Shown: positions 57,601 to 64,000 of the stretch, piece after piece | Layout of the letters: each line of letters starts with the position of its first letter | Numbering within the stretch: position 1 is the stretch's first letter | DNA from: Laetmonice hystrix | Taxonomy: Eukaryota | DNA length: 64,000 bases | Reading direction: 5' to 3' | Assembly (NCBI GenBank): GCA_965235115.1 | Contig: OZ249436.1 | Location: 46,686,001 to 46,750,000, forward strand | Translations under genes and position numbers: made by a program | Notes under the pieces: model-generated | Database searches by the model: none | What the model saw: the letters and a program-made list of their open reading frames with translations, nothing else | What the model was told of the DNA's origin: nothing

Positions 57601-59807
57601 GTCAGAGACAATGAGAGACAGAGAGACAGGCAGGCAGAGTCAGAGACAGAGACAATGAGAGACAGAGAGACAGGCAGGCAGAGTCAGAGACAATGAGAGA
57701 CAGAGAGACAGGCAGGCAGAGTTAGAGACATAGACAATGAGGGACAGAGAGACAGGCAGGCAGAGTTAGAGACATAGACAATGAGGGACAGAGAGACAGG
57801 CAGGCAGAGTTAGAGACATAGACAATGAGAGACAGGCAGGCAGAGTCAGAGACAATGAGAGACAGAGAGACAGGCAGGCAGTCAGAGACAGAGACAGAGA
57901 GACAGGCAGGCAGAGTCAGAGACAGAGACAGTGAGAGACAGAGAGACAGGCAGGCAGAGTTAGAGACATAGACAATGAGGGACAGAGAGACAGGCAGTCA
58001 GAGTCAGTCAGACAGAGACAGAGCCAATGACTGACAGAGACAGGCAGGCAGTCAGAGAGACAGAGAGGCAGGCAGGCAGTCAGAGAGACGGACATGCAGT
58101 CAAAGAGACAGAGACAGAGACAGGCAAGCAGAGAGACAGAGACAATGAGAGAGAGACAGGCAGAGTCAGAGAGACAGAGACAATGAGAGAGACTGGTAGG
58201 CAGAGTCAGAGAGACGACAGAGCGAATGAGAGACAGAAAGACAGGCAGGCAGTCAGAGAGAGACAGAGACAGAGCCAATGAGAGACACGGAGACAGGCAG
58301 TCAGTCAGGGAGACAGAGACAGAGCCAATAAGAGACAGAGACAGAGCCAATGAGAGACACAGAGACAGGCAGGCAAAGTCAAAGAGACAGAGACAGGCAG
58401 TCAGGGTCTGTCAGACAGAGACAATGAGAGGCAGAGACAGGCAGGCAGAGACAGAGACAATGAGAGGGAGACAGAGAGACAGGCAATCTAAGACAGCCAG
58501 AGACAGACGGACAGAGTCAACAAACCTAGAGAACGTGTTTACGGGACAACACGGACGCGTGTGTTACCTTGAAATATGAATTCACTTACACGTATCTCGG
58601 CTCTTTAGTTTCGACTGTCTAGACTCAACTTTTAGTCAGAGTGGCTGCCCGTACATAACACTTATTGCATGGCAGTCGGTTTACTGATAACACAGAACAA
58701 AAATCAACTGAATTCCTCGACATTCCTCATTGTTACTTTAGTTTCCTCATTATTAGATGATTGACAATTCCACTCGGCACGGAAATGTTAAACAATTGAG
58801 CTAACTATAACCATACATGTTTTGGTACTATTTACTTTCTGGTTTCTAATGGTAATGGACAACTGTAACAAAGGTAACTGTGGTTTTCTCTCTTTATCTC
58901 CGGATGCAAGGATAAATTACCATTCCATTGCCAGCCACACATTAAACTGGGTCTAGAAAACAACACTGGTCCACTCGTTGTCAGATTGCCGAGCGGGGAA
59001 AACGACGCATTCTCAGCTAACAAACTCATCACATTGTGTCTGTCTGATTATCACTTCGGACAACAACTTTAAATGTTAAAGGCAGCAATATTTCATTCTT
59101 ACTAACTAAAACATGTCTAGTTTACCATTTCCACGTCCTCCACCAGCACAATAACATTATACACGTTTATAATCGATTAGTTTATCTCAAAATGTCGCAG
59201 CAGTTATCTCGGATACCAGAGATGGACCAAAACAAAACAACCGGTCGATGACGTACGTGATATACCAAACAATAAAACAATGAACAGGACGAATTGTTAC
59301 ATACACAGGAGTTATAAACTAACAAAGTCACACAGCCATACATAGAGACGTATCAAGTATTCGAGTAGATTTAATTTACGGCAGTTTCACACTTGATTAA
59401 ATTCAAGGTGGTGAAAACGTTATGATAACATTCCTATTCAACAGTCTCTCGTAAATATTGACAATACAGAGTGCGATTATACAACCTTGAAATCGATGAC
59501 AAACTTTAGAGGTCACTTTTATCTCCATTTGAGGGCGAAGCACTGGATACCCGGGTGTGTGTGTGTGTGTGGGCCGGGGGGGGGGGGGTCAAGTACAGAT
59601 AAAAATCCACAAGGGACAAAATTATTTGGTTTTGGAAACGGGATACATTTAGTTTGGAGAGAGAGACACTCCTAGCCACCTCCCTCTGCATATGACAGTG
59701 GTCCATCTCAAAGGTCGGCAGTAAACTGTTGGAGTTCAGGATCAAAAGGATTATACTTACGTCTACTTCCCCTTGGTCTATCACATAGAAATTGTCACCC
59801 TCGTCAC
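39484..59807 (-). CDS. PRKAR1: cAMP-dependent protein kinase type I regulatory subunit, 5'-partial; complement(join(39484..39656,40572..40653,42088..42209,44642..44702,48328..48387,51543..51641,59761..59807))
   Basis: Seven exons with GT..AG sites and consistent phases encode two cyclic-nucleotide-binding domains with phosphate-binding cassettes [16 protein letters not shown] and [16 protein letters not shown], ending in the RI-type YNSFVSLSV*. The N-terminal exons were not found in 59808-64000. Confidence 0.95.
39858..40558. repeat. 42-bp minisatellite (with 51-bp variants) filling most of the last PRKAR1 intron
   Basis: Unit CCCATAACCCGTAATGATAACCAGTGAATCCCACCATGAGGT. Confidence 0.95.
40572..40653 (-). 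CDS. PRKAR1: PRKAR1 exon, 82 nt ([27 protein letters not shown])
   Basis: gattccAG|GGT ACA...TTT G|GTAAGT. Confidence 0.93.
41133..42101 (-). repeat. About 24-bp minisatellite derived from the PRKAR1 exon/intron junction at 42088
   Basis: Minus-strand unit GTGAGTACTACCAACCATCATTGT or GTGAGTAATACAAACCATCATTGT; the first copy overlaps the exon end ATCATTGTGGAG|GTGAGT. Confidence 0.93.
42088..42209 (-). CDS. PRKAR1: PRKAR1 exon, 122 nt ([41 protein letters not shown])
   Basis: tgaatgcAG|AG AAT...GTG GAG|GTGAGT. Confidence 0.93.
42614..42746. mobile_element. Short element with 19-bp inverted repeat and GGTTAG-like core (Helentron/HINE-like)
   Basis: CCGTTAGTCCGACAGCCCA / TGGGCTGTCGGACTAACGG perfect inverted repeat; extra subterminal GGGCTGTCGGACTA copy; internal GGGTTAGAGTTAAGGTTAGG. 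Superfamily assignment is inference. Confidence 0.5.
43388..43588. repeat. 22-bp minisatellite, about 9 copies
   Basis: Unit GAGACACGGCCATATTCAGACC. Confidence 0.9.
44247..44378. repeat. 59-bp tandem duplication, about 2.2 copies
   Basis: ATGAGCCTCCTGTCACTTCATTTCGCCGAGTTTTCTATCTTTAAACAAGCTGTGTTATA repeated. Confidence 0.85.
44642..44702 (-). CDS. PRKAR1: PRKAR1 exon, 61 nt ([20 protein letters not shown])
   Basis: taacAG|GGC AGC...TTG G|GTAAGT. Confidence 0.93.
44748..44872. repeat. About 57-bp tandem duplication
   Basis: AATCACAACAGTAAGCCACTGTGAACTA.TAA.TATTTAACCCTACGAT twice. Confidence 0.8.
45726..45923. repeat. 45-bp minisatellite, about 4 copies
   Basis: Unit AACACGGTGTTCCACGTTTGGATCAAGTCTGAGAATGAATGGGTT. 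Confidence 0.9.
46769..46886. repeat. 36-bp minisatellite, about 3 copies
   Basis: Unit TATGAGTCTGGTGCCGTATACTATTACCGCCCAGAG. Confidence 0.9.
47170..47862. repeat. 44-bp minisatellite, about 16 copies
   Basis: Unit CTATACACATACTAGAGACAGTGGGAGAACGACGGACCTCCAAC. Confidence 0.95.
48328..48387 (-). CDS. PRKAR1: PRKAR1 exon, 60 nt ([20 protein letters not shown])
   Basis: tgtttgtttgcAG|GCC...ATG|GTACGT. Confidence 0.93.
48473..48949. repeat. (CCCGGA)n hexamer microsatellite containing an assembly gap
   Basis: CCCGGA repeats on both sides of the N run. Confidence 0.95.
48540..48673. other. Assembly gap (134 N)
   Basis: Run of N. Confidence 1.
49937..50681. repeat. 45-bp minisatellite, about 16-17 copies
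   Basis: Unit ACAGGTACAAGGGATCCCAGAAACATGGGTTTGTAAGTGGCATGA. Confidence 0.95.
51046..51181. mobile_element. Harbinger-like MITE with CTG TSD
   Basis: CTG|GGGCTCGTTTCACTA ... TAGTGAAACGCTCCC|CTG. Confidence 0.7.
51543..51641 (-). CDS. PRKAR1: PRKAR1 exon, 99 nt ([33 protein letters not shown])
   Basis: tactttcAG|GTC TAC...GTC AAG|GTAACG; contains phosphate-binding cassette A. Absent from the ORF track; read by hand. Confidence 0.93.
51826..52768. repeat. 71-bp minisatellite, about 13 copies, nearly invariant
   Basis: Unit CACTGCACCACAACCACACCAAGTCAGACACTTGAGTTCTTTACGTAGTATGGGTTCTCAAACACAGCAAA. Confidence 0.97.
54185..54652. mobile_element. Interspersed repeat / degenerate MITE with poly-G and poly-C tracts
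   Basis: Loose terminal similarity CATGCAGGGTTTCAT / ATGAAATACGGCCATG; internal GGGGATATCCCCCC resembles 21695-21715. Confidence 0.35.
55111..55373. mobile_element. Harbinger-like foldback MITE with about 70-bp TIRs and CAG TSD
   Basis: CAG|GGCCCGGTTTTTTTGTTTACTTTTCCACCGTGAGCAAGGGTGAG ... CTCACCCTTGCTCACGGTGGAAAAGTAAACAAAAAAACCGGGCC|CAG. Confidence 0.8.
55992..56159. mobile_element. Right-half copy of the Kolobok-like MITE at 6321-6589
   Basis: Shares ATCGCTTCAT.GCGACAACAG.CAACTGGAATGTTGAATTTCAT and ends GAGAGATA...TTGCT|TTAA. Confidence 0.7.
57455..58505. repeat. AG-rich low-complexity / compound microsatellite
   Basis: GAGACA, GACAGGCAGGCA and GACAATGA motifs. Confidence 0.92.
59761..59807 (-). 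CDS. PRKAR1: PRKAR1 exon, 47 nt ([16 protein letters not shown])
   Basis: ttttcAG|GT GAC GAG...GTA GAC|GTAAGT. Confidence 0.93.
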
Positions 59808-59946
59808 CTGAAAATCATGGAAACATTTGGGTTAGACGATGGTAAATCCTCACACAAGACACCATACATACTGAGGCCATTGTCTGGACACGTTCCTCCG
59901 TTTTTTTTTTATTAAATTTGAGGGTAAAAGGGCAATATCTTTGTAA

Positions 59947-60102
59947 AGTGTACCGTACCAATGTACCGTAAAAGTGTACCAATGTACCGTAATAGTACCA
60001 ATGTACCGTAAAATGTACCAATGTACCGTAAAAGTGTACCAATGTACCGTAAAAGTGTACCAATGTACCGTAAAAGTGTACCAATGTACCGTAAAAGTGT
60101 AT
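59947..60102. repeat. 21-bp minisatellite, about 7 copies
   Basis: Unit TGTACCAATGTACCGTAAAAG. Confidence 0.9.
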
Positions 60103-60986
60103 CAATCGTGTGAAGGTCACCTTGGGGAGATATTCGCGTCATTTATAGTATCTCTGCCGGTCCTAAGCTCTGTCTTAGATGAATCCTACACAGAAACCTA
60201 CTTTTGACTACGGCAAGAACGTGATCATTCAGTAAGCCCATCCGTCAGTTTTCCACCTGACCCTAAAACCCTGCCGCTGCTGCTGCTGGATCGCACACTG
60301 ATTTAGAGTGATCAGATCGTCGGGAGGTAATCCTATATCTTGACCATCTCCGACCATCTGTTTCGGTTAGTATCGAAGGTCGCGGTGATTCAGTGGCCTC
60401 CCACTCGTGACCACAGAACCTCTCAGAGTCTCTGGCTACCATTCCTCTTAAAGGGGCATACTATGAAACACGTTTTTGAGGATTTCCGGCAATTATCCAA
60501 CATGACCGTGTACTAGGGATCCAAGTAAATAATCCTACCACAGCATTTTGTCCTCCGACGTGTTTTCGCTGCGTATGCAGCACAAGTAGGTTCTATACGA
60601 CCAAACCTATAGATTTCTCCCGATAACACAATCTCCTGCCATAATTTGGCGGACAACCCCCCATCAACCCGTGTAATTGCATACTGTGTCACATCCTGTG
60701 TGTGCACTCTCTGCATGTGCTTAGTCACGTGCTTTGCTTAGTTGTAAACAATTCAGCAGTGGCACTCGATCGCCCGGCATCAGAATGCCACCCAACAAAT
60801 ATTTTACGAAATAGGCAGAGAAGCGGGCAAGGGAGCTAAATAAACTTTGATTTCTCACGCAAAATGAAACTGATAAGTCTGTCTTTGGTTACTAAGCAAT
60901 TTTAATGAAGGATCTCTTTATGAAATACCGATTTTTAACGTTTCCTCATAATATGCCCCTTTAACGCCACATCACATGTTTGTTTA

Positions 60987-61514
60987 TCAGTTACCTGCCG
61001 TAAGGTCGGTGGGTCAGTTACCTGCCGTAAGGTCGGTGGGTCAGTTACCTGCCGTAAGGTCGGTGGGTCAGTTACCTGCCGTAAGGTCAGTGGGTCAGTT
61101 ACCTGCCGTAAGGTCAGTGGGTCAGTTACCTGCCGTAAGGTCGGTGGGTCAGTTACCTGCCGTAAGGTCGGTGGGTCAGTTACCTGCCGTAAGGTCGGTG
61201 GGTCAGTTACCTGCCGTAAGGTCGGTGGGTCAGTTACCTGCCGTAAGGTCGGTGGGTCAGTTACCTGCCGTAAGGTCGGTGGGTCAGTTACCTGCCGTAA
61301 GGTCGGTGGGTCAGTTACCTTCCGTTAGGTCGGTGGGTCAGTTACCTGCCGTAAGGTCGGTGGGTCAGTTACCTGCCGTAAGGTCGGTGGGTCAGTTCCC
61401 TGCCGTAAGGTCGGTGGGTCCGTTACCTGCCGTAAGGTAAGTTACCTGCCGTAAGGTCGGTGGGTCAGTTACCTGCCGTAAGGTCGGTGGGTCAGTTACC
61501 TGCCGTAAGGTCGG
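60987..61514. repeat. 27-bp minisatellite, about 19 copies
   Basis: Unit CAGTTACCTGCCGTAAGGTCGGTGGGT. Confidence 0.95.
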
Positions 61515-61936
61515 TATGCAGGCCAACACATCCTCAGGTTGGCTGCAAGACGTTGGGCAATCATGATCAAGCAGCGACCAATATAATTAAAACAGAATGA
61601 CATGTGAATTATCGTGCGGACGTTAACAGAAACCGGTATTATTGAGGTAAAAACAAAGTCTCTCCCCACAAATACCCTCAAGGGGTTTGACTTTTTAATT
61701 TAAATGAAGATTGCTCGTAAAAAAGACCTCTTCCGACATTTCTAACATTCAATTTTAGTCTCCGGCTGCAAGTGTCAGCCATTGTCAGAACCTCCTGTTA
61801 TTTCCGAGGAGGATAATTATCAATATTACCAACCCATAAATGACATGGTGTAGCAAATAGTGATTTCTGACAGCTTACACCACACAATTAATATCCATTC
61901 TGCCAAGGTTTCTACGGCAACAATATATCAAATGTC

Positions 61937-62077
61937 CTCAGCTTGTGTTGTTCACGTAACGGACTTCAGCTTGTGTTGTTCCCGTAACGGACTTCAGCTT
62001 GTGTTGTTCACGTAACCGAGTTCAGCTTGAGCTGTTCATTAACCGAGTACAGCTTGAGTTCTTCACGTAACGGAGTA
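61937..62077. repeat. 28-bp degenerate minisatellite, about 5 copies
   Basis: Unit ACTTCAGCTTGTGTTGTTCACGTAACGG. Confidence 0.85.
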
Positions 62078-62520
62078 TAACAGTGTTCCCTTATTGTGTA
62101 TCTAAAGAGCCTGATCCGATTTTCCTTGCGAACGCCCATGCGATTTTGACATCACCCTTTTTTACTGTAATTTTGACATATAGAACCCACTTCCTGAAAC
62201 TGGGAAGACTAGCCGGGAAAGATTTCAGAGTGAAATTCCACTATTACATCAAAAGTCGCACAGGCCCTTAACAACAGGCCCTTACCAACAGAATAAACAG
62301 TTGTCCTTGAACATCACCCAAGGTGACTGTTCCGACACAATCGACCCACAGAGATCTCCCAGCCCGCCTCGGCTCCAGGGGAGAGCAGGCCATTACCAGA
62401 TGAGCCTCACTGACCTAGTTACATGGTCTCACACAGTTAATCCCCCAGGAAGGCATAGGGATTAGGCCCATGTTATGACGTTATCTTCGCTATAAATAGA
62501 CTGTAAGGCCACCCGATATC

Positions 62521-64000
62521 GGTCTGTGAGGGTTGGCTAACCGGGCGTGCTCTAACCTTGAGCCGGCGGTAGGTGTGAGGTTGGCTAACCGGGCGTGCTC
62601 TAACCTTGAGCCGGCGGTAGGTGTGAGGTGGGCTAACTGGGCGTGCTCTAACCTTGAGCCGGCGGTATGTGTGAGGATAAGACTCTAGCCCACCCGATGT
62701 CGGTCTGTGAGGGTGTGCTAACCGGGCGTGCTCTAACCTTGAGCCGGCGGCAGGTGTGAGGTTGGCTAACCGGGCGTGCTCTAACCTTGAGCCGGCGGTA
62801 GGTGTGAGGTTGGCTAACCGGGCGTGCTCTAACCTTGAGCCGGCGGTAGGTGTGAGGTTGGCTAACCGGGCGTGCTCTAACCTTGAGCCGGCGGTAGGTG
62901 TGAGGGTGCGACTCTAGGCCAGCCGTGGTGTCGGGCTGTGAGGGTTGGCTAACCGGGCGTGCTCTAACCTTGAGCCGGCGGCAGGTGTGAGGATGGGACT
63001 CTAGGCCAGCCGTGGTGTCGGGCTGTGAGGTTGGCTAACCGGGCGTGCTCTATAACCTTGAGCCGGCGGTAGGTGTGAGGATGGGACTCTAGGCCAGCCG
63101 TGGTGTCGGGCTGTGAGGTGGGCTAACCGGGCGTGCTCTAACATTGAGCCGGCGGTAGGTGTGAGGTTGGCTAACCGGGCGTGCTCTAACCTTGAGCCGG
63201 CGGTAGGTGTGAGGTGGGCTAACCGGGCGTGCTCTAACCTTGAGCCGGCGGTAGGTGTGAGGATGCGACTCTAGGCCAGCCGTGGTGTCGGCCTGTGAGG
63301 TTGGCTAACCAGGCGTGCTCTAACCTTGAGCCGGCGGTAGGTGTGAGGTTGGCTAACCGGGCGTGCTCTAACCTTGAGCCGGCGGTAGGTGTGAGGTTGG
63401 CTAACCAGGCGTGCTCTAACCTTGAGCCGGCGGTAGGTGTGAGGTTGGCTAACCGGGCGTGCTCTAACCTTGAGCCGGCGGTAGGTGTGAGGTGGGCTAA
63501 CCAGGCGTGCTCTAACCTTGAGCCGGCGGTAGGTGTGAGGTTGGCTAACCGGGCGTGCTCTAACCTTGAGCCGGCGGTAGGTGTGAGATTGGCTAACCGG
63601 GCGTGCTCTAACCTTGAGCCGGCGGTAGGTGTGAGGGTGCGACTCTAGGCCAGCCGTGGTGTCGGGCTGTGAGGGTTGGCTAACCGGGCGTGCTCTAACC
63701 TTGAGCCGGCGGCAGGTGTGAGGATGGGACTCTAGGCCAGCCGTGGTGTCGGGCTGTGAGGTTGGCTAACCGGGCGTGCTCTATAACCTTGAGCCGGCGG
63801 TAGGTGTGAGGATGGGACTCTAGGCCAGCCGTGGTGTCGGGCTGTGAGGTGGGCTAACCGGGCGTGCTCTAACATTGAGCCGGCGGTAGGTGTGAGGTTG
63901 GCTAACCGGGCGTGCTCTAACCTTGAGCCGGCGGTAGGTGTGAGGTGGGCTAACCGGGCGTGCTCTAACCTTGAGCCGGCGGTAGGTGTGAGGATGCGAC
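62521..64000. repeat. 48-bp minisatellite with interspersed about 37-bp second unit (higher-order structure), runs off the window
   Basis: Unit GGCTAACCGGGCGTGCTCTAACCTTGAGCCGGCGGTAGGTGTGAGGTT, plus GACTCTAGGCCAGCCGTGGTGTCGGGCTGTGAGG every 1-7 units. Confidence 0.95.

Noticed and set aside
60976-63648. 154-aa (GQLPAVRSV)n and 117-aa repeat ORFs
   Set aside because: Translations of the 27-bp and 48-bp arrays.
59808-64000. Expected upstream PRKAR1 exon (…AMF…GE.VIQQG, about 62 nt)
   Set aside because: Scanned by eye and not found; presumed to lie beyond the window.

Overview
Eukaryotic, intron-containing genomic DNA, most likely from an invertebrate animal (inferred from gene structure and transposon types; species not determinable). 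Two genes can be reconstructed exon by exon. (1) A complete 3-exon ER Hsp70 (BiP/GRP78/HSPA5-like) on + at 13931-17265, 656 aa, with a signal peptide, C-terminal HSEL, and UPRE/ERSE-like promoter motifs. (2) The 3' seven coding exons of a cAMP-dependent protein kinase type I regulatory subunit (PRKAR1) on - at 39484-59807; its 5' exons appear to lie beyond the window. Roughly 30% of the window (hand estimate about 20 kb) is made of more than 20 mutually unrelated minisatellite arrays. There are also many small non-autonomous DNA transposons with readable TIRs and TSDs (piggyBac, MULE, Kolobok, Harbinger, Tc1/mariner-like, and a CAG..CTG type with 5-bp TSD), plus one 134-N assembly gap. Almost all long ORFs in the supplied track are repeat read-through artefacts. 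The most notable observations are: tandem arrays that amplify real splice donors, including an in-frame 24-bp donor array in PRKAR1; a MITE whose terminal repeat expanded into a CAG|GTAAGT array; and two substitutions at normally conserved Hsp70 positions in the BiP-like protein. I found no convincing evidence of a new multi-gene system.
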